NCBI GenBank assembly: GCA_951406725.2
Contig: OX597814.1
Coordinates: forward strand, 176,390,001 to 176,454,000
Direction: 5' to 3'
Length of the DNA: 64,000 nucleotides
Source of the DNA: Octopus vulgaris
Taxonomy: Eukaryota
The notes below the pieces were generated by a model. The model saw nothing but the letters and a program-made list of their open reading frames with translations, did not search any database and had not been told where the DNA came from. Each line of letters opens with the position of its first letter. Position 1 is the first letter of the stretch. Positions 25,124 to 38,630 of this stretch are shown one piece after another. The position numbers and the translations under genes were made by a program.

Positions 25124-25667
25124 AACAAAAGAAGAAAATTAAGAAAGAAAGAAAGAAAGAAATTAAATATGAAAGTGAAAAAATGAAAGAAAAACAATAA
25201 AAGATATTAATAAGAGAAGAGACGATAATCAGATGGAAATTCGAGGATTTTAAGTGGTTAAAAGAATGAAAGAAGCATATTTGGTTTAATGAACAAATGT
25301 CAGGTAGAGATAAAAATAAAAATAAAAAAATAATTAAAAAAAACACAGAAAGAAATGAGAAGAGGAGCGATATAACGAACGAAGTGTAGGCAAGAACGAA
25401 TGAATGAATGAAACCTGATGTCAGTACTCTTAACTTTTCTCATTATTTTCAAAGAAAAAAAAATTTGAGATCAAAAAAACATATTAGAAAAAGAACACGC
25501 TTTCCAAGACATATTTTTTTTTAAGAATCCTTGGACTAAATGCTCCATCACATTATTGAAGATTTCAGTATACGGACTTTTTCTTGTTGTAGTCATCATC
25601 ATTATCATCATCGTCGTAATCGTCGTCGTCGTCGTTGTTGATGTTATCATTATTGTTGTTATTGTGA

Positions 25668-25727
<60 letters not shown>

Positions 25728-25744
25728 TATTATCATTATTATTT

Positions 25745-26117
25745 TATGTTTGACTTTTGCATTGCATTTGTACGAGTTGGCTCCAAGTCTCACCCAGAGA
25801 CCTCAAGAGACAACAAGTTAGAAGTTCATGTTAGTGTTATGCCTAGGATGTCATATATTTGGTTTTGTACATAGTGTTGTTCTAGAGAATGTTTAAGAAA
25901 CCATAAGAAAATTATGTGTTTGTTTTAAAACTTGAGATTACATAGAAAGTATTTTGTGTAGGATATGGGCAGTTCCCATGAGCACTATCTTTTGAATTTC
26001 TGCCATTTTGGGGTTTCCTGGTATCTGAGCAAGGTAGCAATCAGCCCCCTTTGCTATCATTCCCAGGGCACCTATGACAACAGGTATTGTTTTAGTCTTC
26101 AAGTTCCACATTTTGCT
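25745..26117 (-). mobile_element. R4/Dong-type LINE 3' end flanked by (TAA)n
   Basis: SKMWNLKTKTIPVVIGALGMI..IQKIVLMGTAHIL* plus 3' UTR; (ATT)n on both sides. Confidence 0.8.
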
Positions 26118-26121
26118 ATTA

Positions 26122-26180
<59 letters not shown>

Positions 26181-26183
<3 letters not shown>

Positions 26184-28061
26184 TAATATATTTTTTATAA
26201 CGTGCTTTCACTTCACTACCGAGCGCAGCTCTGTGTGCCTTGGGTATGTGCTGTGATTTGTTATGATGTTCTGATGGTTACTGTATGGAAAGTGTTCTGC
26301 GTAGGGTGTGTGCAGTGCCTAGTAGTGCAATTTTCTGTATGTTATATGTGTTTGTAAGTCCTGGTGTTTTTGTTATGTATTTGTCTGAATATTTTTTTTT
26401 ATCATGCCTAATGCACCTATTAGGATAGGAATTGTTTCTGTTTTTAGATTCCACATTCTGGTTACCTCTATTTCCAGGTCTTTGTATTTTGAAAGTTTCT
26501 CCATTTCTTTTGGAGACACGTTGTCATCCGCTGGTATTGATACATCAATTAGAAAACATTTTTTTCTTCATGATCTCTGACAACTATATCTGGTCTGTTG
26601 GCCTTAATTCTTCTATCTGTGTGTATTGGCATATCCCAGAGTATGGTTGCTTTCTCGTTTTCTGTGACCTTTTCTGGTGTGTGCCTATACCATCTTTTTT
26701 CTGTTGTTATTCCATAATGTTGGCATAGTTTCCAGTGTATATAGGTCCCAACTCTGTCGTGTCTGTGAATATATTCCTTCTTAGCCAGGACTGGGCAACC
26801 AGAGATAATATGATTTATTGTTTCTTGTCCATCTCCACATATTCTGCAGTTACTTGTTATATTTCTTTTCATTACATGTTTTTTGGTAATTTCTGGTGGG
26901 GAGGCTTTGGTCTTGTGCTGCAATTAAAAATCCTTCTGTCTCTGCTTTAAATCCTGAGCTTCTCAACCATTGTTGGGATTTTTCTTTGTCTATTTCTTTT
27001 GCATTTAGCTTAGTCCAGTATTTGCCATGAAGGGGCTTTTCTTGCCATCGTTTTATCATGGTTCGTTGCTGTTCTATTTTTAGTTTGGATTTCATTTGTT
27101 TTATTGCTTTTGTTGTTTCTTCATCTTCTTCTTCTTCTTCTTCATATTTGTTAGGTGGTATGATTTCTTGTTTGTATTTGTCAGCTTCCTTAAATACTGA
27201 GAACAGTTTTTTGTTTTGCTCGTGTTTTGCCGCTATTTGTATCAGTTTTCCTTCCTTCTGAAGTAGATATTTTTGCAGTCCTAAGGTGGCTATTTTATAA
27301 TAGTTTTCCAGCTGTATAAAGCCTCTACCACCTTCTATACGTTGTATATATAGCCTTTCTATGTCAGATTTTGGGTGATGCATCCTAGATCCTGTCATTA
27401 TTTTTCTTGTTTTCCTATCTATTTTGGTTAGTTCATTTAGTGTCCAGTTAAGGATATTGTAGCTGTAACTTATAACTGGGACGGCTAATGTGTTGAAACC
27501 TATTATCTGGTTTTTAGCATTGAGCTCTGTTTTCAGTATTGATCTAACTCGTCTGTAATATTCTTTTTTTATTTTCTCTTTCATTTGTGTGTGTTGTGTC
27601 TTATCTAGTTCATAGATTCCTAAGTATTTATAAGTTTGGCTTTGGTCTAATTCTTTTATTTCATTGGTTTTATCTAGTGTGATGTTGCTACTCTTAACTA
27701 GTTTTCCTCTTTTCAGGGTTACTTTGGCGCACTTCTCCAATCCAAATTTCATATCTATTTCTTTGGTAAATCCATGAACTGTCTTTAGTAGTGTTTCCAG
27801 CTGTTTGTCATTTGTGGTGTATAGTTTTAGGTCATCCATATATAAAAGGTGGCTGATCGTTTTGCCGTAACATTTATATCCGCATCCAGTTCTGTTTAGC
27901 ATATCCGATAGAGGTGACAGTGCCAAGCAGAAAAGGAGTGGAGAGAGCGTGTCTCCCTGGAATATTCCTCTTCTAATGGGGATGGCTTTGGTTTTCACAA
28001 GTCCCTCTTTTGTTTGGAGCTGTAGCACTGTCTGCCACTTATTCATAGAATGTCCTATGTA

Positions 28062-28066
<5 letters not shown>
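26181..28066 (-). mobile_element. 5'-truncated R4/Dong-clade LINE (RT + CCHC + RLE endonuclease) in (TAA)n
   Basis: 398-aa ORF with GIFQGDTLSPLLF and LLYMDDLKLY; frameshifted continuation CRICG..ETINHIISGC, RHDRV, RPDIVV; (ATT)n at both ends. Confidence 0.92.
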
Positions 28067-28109
<43 letters not shown>

Positions 28110-28830
28110 AGCAGTGAGCTGGCAGAATCGTTAGCACGCTCAAAGTTCAAATTCCACCGAGGTCGACTTTGCCTTTCATCCTTTCGGGATCGATTAAATA
28201 AGTACCAGTTATGTACTGGAGTCGATCTAATCGACTGGCCCCCTTCCCCAAAATTTCGGGCCTTGTGTCTAGAGTAGAAAAGAATATTATTGATTATTGC
28301 GGACATAGGTCATATCGGCTGCCGAAGATGTGTAAATTTTGTTGAAAAACAATTTGTTTGTGGTTGTTTATGGTTATTATGGTTTGTTAAAACTTAAAAT
28401 GAGAACCCATACTTCACTGAGTGAAGAAGGAGCTGTCAAATTGTTCCCTAAAGGGCAAAAAAAAGAAGAAGAAGAAACAGGTAGCAGCAAAAAAGCTGTC
28501 GCCTGTTTTTTTTTTCTTTTTTCTTTTTGTTTTTTTTTTTTTTTGCTGTTGGAATCATGGCATCAGTAACGCCTACTATCAAGTTCAGCAAGGACGTAAC
28601 AGGAAAAATAACTTCTACCAAAACCAGCTTCATTAGGGAATATTAATCCCACCGCTTCATTCTTATACAACGTACACTCAGACTAGCTGTAAGAAGAAGT
28701 GCGTACACAAGAACAGCAGCCATAACAGCAGCAGTAACGACAACGGTAGCAATAGTAAAGGCGGCGTTTTTTTACAACGAGAACACCAACACAAGCAACA
28801 ACGGTAGCAGCAGAAACAACAACAGCAACA

Positions 28831-29022
28831 GTGGAGGCGCAATGACCCAGTGGTTAGGACAGCGGACTCGCGATCGTAAGAACGCGGTTTCGATTCCCAG
28901 ACCGGGCATTGTGAGTGTTTATTGAGCAAAAACACCTAAGCTCCACGAGGCTCCGGCGGTGGGGTGGGGGATGAACCCTGCTGTACTCTTTCACCACAAA
29001 TTTCTCTCACTCTTTCTTCCTA
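28831..29022 (+). mobile_element. SINE family A, 5' part
   Basis: tRNA-like head as at 6429. Confidence 0.8.
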
Positions 29023-29137
29023 CTTTAGGTAAAGAAACAGTAATAGAGAAGTCTAGCCTTAGAAGAGGCACTCAGAAGATCATCGCAACCTACGTGCCCG
29101 CAGTGAGATTAATCTTTAACCATTTTTTTTTAACGCA

Positions 29138-29299
29138 AAGCGTAGGAGTGGCTGTGTGGTAAGTAGCTTGCTTACCAACCACATGGTTCCGGGTTCAGTC
29201 CCACTGCGTGGCACCTTGGGCAAATGTCTTCTACTATAGCCTCGGGCCGACCAAAGCCTTGTGAGTGGATTTTGGTAGACGGAAACTGAAAGAAGCCCG

Positions 29300-29351
<52 letters not shown>

Positions 29352-29600
29352 GTCATTGTATTTGTGTTTGTACCCCCAACATCGCTTGACAACCGATGCT
29401 GGTGTGTTTACGTCCCCGTAACTTAGCGGTTCGGCAAAAGAGACCGATAGAATAAGTACCAGGCTTACGAAGAATAAGTCCCGGGGTCGATTTGCTCGAC
29501 TAAAGGCGGTGCTCCAGCATGGCCGGGGTTGGTTTGCTCGACTAAAGGTGGTGCTCCAGCATGGCCACAGTCACATGACTAAAACCAGTAATAGAGTAAA
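29138..29600 (+). mobile_element. SINE family C with CpGs intact
   Basis: Near-identical to 23003-23480, with a small internal duplication near the 3' end. Confidence 0.85.
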
Positions 29601-30094
29601 GCACCAAAATTGTGTTGTCAGTGCGAGGGAGCGTACTCTAAGATATGAAAGAATGAAAAGTCACCTCGGGCGCAAAATTTCATCTGACCTATCATGCTTA
29701 ATAATCAAGGTGGGGTGGGGTATTTCAAAAGTGTCTTTGACCCCGAACCTTGAAAACCCCCTGATGCGCCACAGTATTTGCAAAGAAAATTAAAATAAAT
29801 TGGTTTCAACAGAGAACAGAACAGAAACGGAATTATTGGCATTCAGTTCGCACGGAGTTTACTTAACTAATCTGTACTGTGCGTCCTGTAAGAATAAAGA
29901 ATAGACTACTTGGTTAGCAGATGTTTAAATATTCATCAGCTTCAAAGTTTTAACTTAATTATACAAATAACTTTTTATTGAAACACAAGGGAAAATAAAC
30001 AAACTGCAATATCACACAGAATAATAATATTGATTTAAAAAAATAAAACAAAAAAATACATTAATATAAAAAATAATGACTTCTAAATAATAAC

Positions 30095-30328
30095 TATTTC
30101 TTTATTAGCCACAAGGGGCTAAACACAGAGGGGACAAACAAGGACAGACATAGGTATTAAGCCGATTACATCGACCCCAGTGCGTAACTGGTACTTAATT
30201 TATCGACCCCGAAAGGATGAAAGGCAAAGTCGACCTCGGCGGAATTTGAACTCAGAACGTAGCGGCAGACGAAATACCGCTAAGCATTTCGCCCGGCATG
30301 CTAACGTTTCTGCCAGCTCGCCGCCTTA
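30095..30328 (-). mobile_element. SINE family B monomer
   Basis: Complete head, core and tail with CpGs largely intact. Confidence 0.85.
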
Positions 30329-30491
30329 ATAACGTATCTATGTGGTTAGAAGTTTGTTTCTCAACTACATTGTTCCGGGTTCAGTTCCACTGCGTGGCAC
30401 CTTGGACTAATGTCTTCTATTATAGCCCCGGGTCGACCAAAGCCTTATGAGTGTGAGTGGATTTGGTTGATAGAAAACGAAAGAAGTCAGT

Positions 30492-30548
<57 letters not shown>

Positions 30549-30620
30549 TTATATGCAGTTAAATATCTGTCCGATCATAGAGTGACCAACGGCTTCGCAC
30601 AGCAGTATTTGAATTCAGAA

Positions 30621-30854
30621 GGGCGGCGAGCTGGCAGAAACGTTAGCACGTCAGGCGAAATACGTAGTCGTATTTCGTCTGCCGTTACGTTCTGAGTTCA
30701 AATTCCGCTGAGGTTGACTTTGCCTTTCATCCATTTGGGGTCGATTAAATAAGTACCAGTAACGCACTGGGGTTCGATGTAATCGACTTAATCCGTTTGT
30801 CTGTCCTTGTTTGTCCTCTCTGTGTTTAGCTCCTTGTGGGTAGTAAAGAAATAG
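30621..30854 (+). mobile_element. SINE family B monomer
   Basis: 16-bp TSD GTATTTGAATTCAGAA at 30605-30620 and 30855-30870. Confidence 0.88.
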
Positions 30855-31404
30855 GTATTTGAATTCAGAATTTAAAGAGCCAGAAGTACTGCAACATATT
30901 TTGTCCAACGCTGGAATGATTTTGCCAGCTCACTGCCGTAGTATTGTTGTTTCTAATTTAGGCATAGGACCAGCATTATTGAATAGAGGGCTATTCAATA
31001 CCATCGATACAGTACTTTACTTCTGATATATTTTATCGACCCCGTAAGGATGAAAGGCAAAGTAGACCTCAGTGCAATTTGAACTCAGGATACAAAGAGC
31101 CAGAACAAATTACACAAGGCATTTTGAATGACTTCAAATGATTCTACTAATTCACTACTTTATAGTATCCCCTCGTCATATCGCGGTTCACCTATCGCGC
31201 ACTCAGCACAACGCGGATTTTTCTGGCTAATATATGTAAATTTACATCGCGGACTCCTCAGTATATCCAGGTTTCTGCGGACGATAAGTATTTATATTTT
31301 TTTAGATTTTAATTATTTCTGTGAGATGTTTTGGAACATAACACCCGTGATAGTCGAAGGATTACTGAAATAATAATAATAATTATTATTATTATTATTA
31401 TTAT

Positions 31405-32165
31405 AAAGCAAAATCCCAACAATGGCTATGTTCAGGACTCAAAGCAGAGACTGAAGGGTTTTTAATTACAGCACAAGATCAAAGCCTTCTCACCAGAAAT
31501 CACCAGAAGAAGATGAAAAGAAATAAAAGTAACTGCAGAATATGTGGTGATGGAGAAGAAACAATTAATCCTATTTCTCTGGCTTCCCAGTCCTGGATAT
31601 GAAAGAATACATTCACAGACACGACCGAGTTGGGACCTATATACACTGGAAGCTATGCCAACACTATGGAATAACAACAGAAAAAAGATGGTATAGGCAC
31701 ACCCCAGAAAAGGTCAAAGAAAATGAGAAAGCAACCATACTCTGGGATATGCCAATACACATAGGTAGAGAAATTAAAGCTAATAAGCCGGATATAGTTG
31801 TCAGAGATCACCAAGAAAAAAATGTTTTCCAATCGATGTATCAATACCAACAGATGACAACGTTTCTCTGAAAGATACGGAGAAACTTTCAAAATACAAT
31901 GATCTGGAAATAGAAGTAACTCGAATTTGGAGCCTAAAAACAGAAACAATTCCTATTGTAATAGGTGCATTAGGTATGATAAGAAAAAACATTCAGACAA
32001 ATACATAACCAAAACACCTAAACTTACAAGTATATATAACATACAGAAAATAGCACTAGTAGGCACCGCACAAACATTTTCAATACAGTGAAAATAAGAG
32101 CACATACCCGAGGCACACAGAGCTGCGCTCGGTAGTGCAGTGAAAGCACGTGATAAAAATTTGCT
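31405..32165 (+). mobile_element. R4/Dong-type LINE 3' fragment, same family as 26181-28066
   Basis: KEYIHRHDRVGTYIHWKLCQHYGITTEKRWYRHTPEKV nearly identical, same 3' UTR, preceded by (ATT)n. Confidence 0.88.
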
Positions 32166-32399
32166 GGAAGGCAGCACTTTCCTCTCCGTTCTTATTTTCC
32201 CTTCCAAATGAAATTTGAAAAAAAAATCGATGACGGCTTGCCCAAAGCGGGAGATGCTTTGTTTCGACTCTTTCAGTCTCTTTTGCCTCGGTTACTAGAC
32301 AGATAAAAATTACCTACTCTTCCCGACCAAAAGCAGGAGGTGGGACGATCTTCATAATGGACTCCATGAACTTCCGAATCCGTTCTTACACGCAAGAGC

Positions 32400-33720
32400 A
32401 ATTGTTTGACGCAACTCCACATATCAGCACCCAGTGCGTGCAGAACGGTTTCGTTGCCTTGCGTGCCTCCCGCAAAGTCATTCTCATTACAAACAAGTCT
32501 GATTGCCTCTCCTATCTCACTTATCTATTTTTCTCTATCGCTACTACATTGATAAATCCTAAAGGTTCCATTTTAATATCCCTCTTCAGAGTGGTATCAG
32601 ATTGTCACTGATTGTTGACAATCACCTCCGTTACCTACCATTCAAACATTTTTTCTAATTCGATCGCTGTAGGCTTTGTGAACTGGAAACGACGTGTTCA
32701 GCTCCCAGTAGCTGGATCCTTTCCTAAACGTCCTTTCTATATCGGCCGTACTGGTTGAAAATTTGTGATATGTGAGGCCGAATGGTTAAAAATGTATCCA
32801 TCCTTCACTATCTCTGTCTACTGATCTTGAAACTACATTACTTAGGTATCATCTGAATAACCCGATGAGATTGCTTTGAACCCGCATTTGTACATTAGAA
32901 ACACCCAGTCGATACATGTCACGCAGCTGGAGCTACCTGTGTAGCTTTGCGAAGCATTTACATCTCACTCTTCTTTCGGTTAATCTCAGTCGCAGCAAGG
33001 CGGCGAGCTGGCAGAAACGTTAGCGCGCCGGGCGAAATGCTTAGCGGTATTTCGTCTGCCGCTACGTTCTGAGTTCAAATTCCGCCGAGGTCGACTTTGC
33101 CTTTCATCTTTTCGGGGTCGATAAATTAAGTACCAGTTACGCACTGGTAATCGACTTAATCCGTTTGTCTGTCCTTGTTTGTCTCCTCTGTGTTTAGCCC
33201 TTTGTGGGTAGTAAAGAAATAGGTATTTCGTCTGTCGTTACGTTTTGAGTTCAAATTCCGCCGAGGTCGACTTTGCCGTTCATCCTTTCGGGGTCGATAA
33301 ATAAAATACAAGTTTCGCACTGGGGTCGATATAATCGACTTAATCCCTTTGTCTGTCCTTGTTTGTCCTCTCTATGTTTAGCCCCTTGTGGGCAGTAAAG
33401 AAATATAATCTCAGTCGCAGCATGCATCTAACGTGCCGTTCTCGTCTCCCAAAGTACTAAAAAACAGGACATTCCCAAGAACGCTTCTAGATGTCGGAAG
33501 AAATTCATCCGCCCTGTTTCAGTCGAGGCGTTGTACCTCGAACAAAGCAGATGGGTCTGAAGCAAGCATGAAAATACCGACATCGCAGCACTTCGCATCA
33601 AGCACCACAAAGCCTGCGTTTCGGAAATCCTGGGTCCCTTATATATTCTATATTTACACCTAGTGATCTTACTGCGTTGAGCAATTGACCTAGATTCGAA
33701 ACCAACCCTGTTCATACGCA
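32400..33720 (-). mobile_element. Old degraded Tx1/L1-type LINE relic interrupted by a SINE
   Basis: 33425-33650 reads ..GRMNFFRHLEAFLG..LVL(L)GD.N.. (APE-endonuclease-like); 32435-32455 gcgtgcagaacggtttcgt matches 13286-13304 of the Tx1-type element. Confidence 0.55.
32998..33405 (+). mobile_element. SINE family B dimer inside one TSD
   Basis: 17-bp TSD TAATCTCAGTCGCAGCA at 32981-32997 and 33406-33422. Confidence 0.9.
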
Positions 33721-33917
33721 TTTATACAACTTACTTTGAGTAGGGGTCCAATTTGATTTCTTTCGTTAATTTATGTGATCGTGTGTATTTCACCTGAGAC
33801 GATGGCTAACATATCACACACCAGTGCAAGTGACACCATTAGCTTTCTCAGTGCGTTCAGCCAATGAGCAATGTAATTGCTTGCTCCTAGGCATTAGAAA
33901 TGATAGTCATCAACACA

Positions 33918-33954
<37 letters not shown>

Positions 33955-34245
33955 TTCTGATACATGTAACTACTTCTAAATAATAGTGCAATTGCTGATT
34001 GGTTCAGATGATAAATAGATACCAGAAGCAATGAAACTTGTGGTGATTTGTTTAAGCAGAAATCATTTAGTAAAGATTGCGGATTTAGATTACTTCATAC
34101 GCAGTGAGAAAGCAAAAGATGCTAACGTTTCAAATTAAACTTACGAAAAGAGTTGATCGAAACGTCAGGGTGGTGATTAGCAGAATCATTAAGTATTGGG
34201 CCGAAATACGTCCTTAGTTCAAATTCCGACAAGGTCTCCCTTTTA

Positions 34246-35060
34246 TGGCGGCGAGCTGACAGAATCATTGGCACACCGGACGAAATGCTTAGCAGTATTT
34301 CGTCTGCCGCTGCGTTCTGAGTTCAAATTCCGCCGAGGTCGACTTTGCCTTTCATCCTTTCGGGGTCGATAAATAAAGTACCAGTTACGCACAGGGATCG
34401 ATGTAATCGACTTAATCCGTTTGTCTGTTCTTGTTTGTCCCCTCTGTGTTTAGCCCTTTGTGGGTAGTAAAGAAATAGGTATTTCGTTTGCCGTTACGTT
34501 TTGAGTTCAAATTCCGCCGAGATCGACTTTGCCTTTCATCCTTTCGGAGTCGATAAATTAAGTACCAGTTACGCACTGGGGTCGATGTAATCGACTTAAT
34601 CCGTTTGTCTGTCCTTGTTTGCCCCCTCTATGTTTAGCCCCTTGTGGGCAATAACGAAACAAGAATCATTAGCACGCCGGACAAAACGTTTAGCAACATT
34701 TCGTCTGTCTTTGCGTTCGGAGACCAAAGTTCGCCAAGGCCGAATTTGCCTTTCATCCTTTCGTGGTCGATAGAATAAGTACCAACTGAGTACTGGAGCC
34801 GATGGTACTGACTAATCCCTCCCGCTAAAAATTGCTGGCCTTATACAAACATTTGATATAATTAAGGCGGTGAGCAAGAAGAATCGTGGGCGCGTCGAAC
34901 AAAATACTTAGCGATATTTTCCCCGATTCTTTACGTTCTGGGTTTCAAATGCCACTGAAGTTTTTGTCTCTCCTCCTTTCGGCGTCGATAAAGTCGAACA
35001 CGAGAGCCAATGTAATCAACTTCCCCCTCCCTTCTAAATTGCTAGCTTTATTCCAAATTA
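34246..35060 (+). mobile_element. Cluster of SINE family B copies (young dimer followed by older units)
   Basis: Repeated head and core motifs in the same orientation. Confidence 0.75.
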
Positions 35061-35495
35061 AGAATAAACCAGACGGGTTAGTAGAATTGTTGGAGCATTG
35101 GACCAAATGCCGTGTGGTATCTAGTTACAGCACTTAACAATTTGAGATCATGAGACCAAATCGTACCATGATTGACTTAGCTGTAGTTAATATAATTGAC
35201 AGCTTCCTCCCTGCAAAATTCTGGTCTTGTGCATCATCGTTACTGTCGATTTTAGTGCATTTTTCCACGCTTGCATAGGTCAGATGGAGTTGTTTTGTTC
35301 TTTTTATTGAGGTAGCTTTTCTACGGCTGGATGCCCTTCCTGTCACCAACTCTCACCTGTTTCCTAGCAAGGTAATGTTTCTCCATGGCCAAACGTTCTC
35401 CCCAAATATTGGAAATGAATGACACTGCTTGTATGATAATGGTGCTTATTCACAACTATCATGTGATGCCAAAGCAAGGTCACACACACACACAC

Positions 35496-35593
<98 letters not shown>

Positions 35594-36149
35594 CACGACA
35601 GACTTCTGTTAGTTTCCACCTACCATATCCACTCACAAAGCTTTGGTCAGCTCAGGGATATAGTAAGACACTTACCCAAGGGACCTCACAGTGAGACTGA
35701 ACCTAAAAACTATGTAACTGGGAAGCAAACTTAACGACAAAACCACGCCTGCACCTATATTAGAAATCAATATGTAAGAGAGAATCGACCATGCCACCTG
35801 CTGGACTACTGACCAAAGACAGTTGCACATTAACAGCATATAGTCAGTACTACTCTGTTTTTATTGTCAACATGCTTTTTTTTAATTCTTTCATTTTATC
35901 TAGCCAGAATTTTTTTTCTTTTTGTAATTTTGTTTTCTAACAGTTTGTCAGAAAGGAAAGGGCAGTACTCATGTCACTTTATTTTTTCAAAACACTTGAG
36001 ATTGGTGGGAGACAGGGAAGAAGTTTATCTCCAAATCAAGGACCTACTCTGAATACTTGCAACAAAATGGACTCTGCTGAAATTACCCAAAGACTAGATG
36101 ATGGTGTTAAACCATCTCCTCACCAATTGGTGTCACCTGCACTCAGGAG

Positions 36150-36510
36150 ATTGAATATCAGGGATTTCCATTCAGGTCTTATCTCTGCCATTCTTACATA
36201 AGATAGTTTAGTCCAGTCCTTGATTTTATAAAAGTAGTTTGTTCTCAGTCTTCTTCTCAGCATTTGCCATTTATCTTTCCTTTAAGTAATAGTCTTTGTT
36301 TACCTCGTGCTCTTATGATGTGACCAAAGTACTTTAGCTTCCTTCCTTAATAGTTGAGAGAGTAATTATCTATTTTTTAGTTGTAGCACATAATCAGTTT
36401 TGTGTTTTGTCTAAGATATTCTTAATATCCTTCTATGTCTGTTTCAAGAGCTTCTAGTTTTTCAGATAGGGACTGCATCAATGTCCATGCTTCTGAACCA
36501 TATAATGGTA
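36150..36510 (-). mobile_element. Degraded RTE-clade LINE C-terminal fragment
   Basis: YGSEAWTL..LEALE..RRILRIS..RKLKYFGHIIR..LLLKGKING on the reverse strand. Confidence 0.65.
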
Positions 36511-37776
36511 TATGGTGCAGTGCTCCACAACCAGTATGCTGTGGCACATTGATGTGCCACAAGACGATGTTAGATGTGTTGCAACATAACCTGAATATAA
36601 TTATTTTCTCTATACTTTTAGTTATATTTTTTTTAGTTCAGGTGTGCCACTGAATTTTGAAAATATAAGTGTACCAGAGCTGAAAAAAGGATGCAGAGCA
36701 CCGATATAGACCATAGGTAACATTTACACAGCCTTTTTCTTGTTTGTGTGTCTACCAACCAAAACTCAGAATGCAAAGAGCCAGAACAAATATTACAAAT
36801 TATCTCATCAGACAATTAACCACGTAACCATCATCATCATCATTTAAACATCTGTTTTCCATACTGGCAAGCTGGAGATCTGCACCAGGCTCCACTTGTG
36901 TTTTGACATGGTTTCTACGGCTAAGTACCCTTCCTAATGCAGAGTATACTAGGTGCTTTTTATGTGGCTTGGGTATGGGTGCTTTTAACATGCCACCAAC
37001 ACCAGTGGGGTGGCCAAGTAACTTACAAGACCTCTTAGTGCAAAGAAGTAGAGCTGAGGGAGGTGGTCATGCGCCAGGTGAGAGTATGATAAAGGAACAG
37101 AGATAGTTGAATAACTATATATACTTCAATGTCGCAGTGGGACAAAGAAAGTGGGAAAGAGAAAGAGAAATAGATGGTGTTGGAGATGCGTTGGGGACTA
37201 CACAGTGAACAGTGCGGTGGGGTATAAGTAGTACAGAGAGGATAAAAGTGGGTATTCCAAGTGTGTGAGGGGACATGTTTAGAGATGGGGGAAGACATGA
37301 CTGTAGCAAGAGAGGATGAGGAAACTTGGAGTGGACTTGGCGGAGGGGAAGGTGAAATAAGGAAGAGAAGAGGTAAGGGACCATGTAAAGAATAAATCAA
37401 AATTGACCTCAGTTGGCTTTGAATTGAAAGCGAGGACAGTAAACCAGAACTAATGTTGCCAAAGAATTTTCTTCTATACATTAATGACCCACCTATATGT
37501 CACAGTCTCAATAAATTAATTCGCTTGCCAATTAATAGAAATTATATTGCACACTAGGTGAATTTGGCAAACTAATTTAATTTTGTCCAAGTGAGCATAT
37601 ACTATAAATAGATACAAACTTATTCTCTCTGTAGACAAGAATAATAAATTAATCTCTGATGACATTTATAAATTCTGAAAGGTACATGCTGAATGCACCT
37701 CTTGTAGATTTAACTTACATTTCTACTTATTCTATTGTGTAGTGTTTCTATAAATAAATACATACACACACACATG

Positions 37777-37835
<59 letters not shown>

Positions 37836-38583
37836 AAAAGCTGTTCAATTCACTTCAACATTTAAGTTTAATTTATCAAAATATTTTCATCGCTTTAAGA
37901 CCGCAACCTGTTCACTGACAAAAATCCGTGCTGAAAGCGACGAAAATATTTTGACAAATTAAACTTAAATGTCGAAGTGAATCGAACGGCTTTTGTGTGT
38001 TTCTTAAATGGTTTACAAACACCTTCCACACTGCAATTGTTTTCGTTTCAGCACACGATCTCAGATCAAATCACTTGCTATGCAAGTACATCTCCATAAT
38101 ATATATATATATATATCTGTAAATACATGTGACAATTATTCAGTAGCCATGATAAAACTCCGAGTTTTGGATGTCAGGGCGGAAACCCACACCGCCATCT
38201 CTTCAGTTATCCGGCCATCGAAAAATGCTATATGCGCTTAATAAGGACTGTAATTTTCTCCAAATGTTTCTTAGAGTATAGTTCCCTTGATGGTATAGGT
38301 ATGTTTTTCATAGAATAATCAATGTAGTAGGTGTCCATATTGAATTCTTCTGCAGGGCAGAGTCTTCAACCGATTTCTGGTGATTTTCCAAAATAAGCTG
38401 CATTAGCATTTTTTTGATGACCAAGTAACTGAAGAGATGGCAACGTGGGTTTCTGACCCGACACCCGAAACTCAGAGTTTTATCATGGCTACCAAATAAT
38501 TGTTACATATATTTACAGGTAAATTCCTCTATTTATATAATATCAAGGTCTCTTTTATTCTTTTGTTATCTTACCATTTCCAT

Positions 38584-38627
<44 letters not shown>

Positions 38628-38630
<3 letters not shown>

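Noticed and set aside
37035-37481. 148-aa Ser/Pro-rich ORF
   Set aside because: No recognisable domain or splice context; likely a degraded repeat
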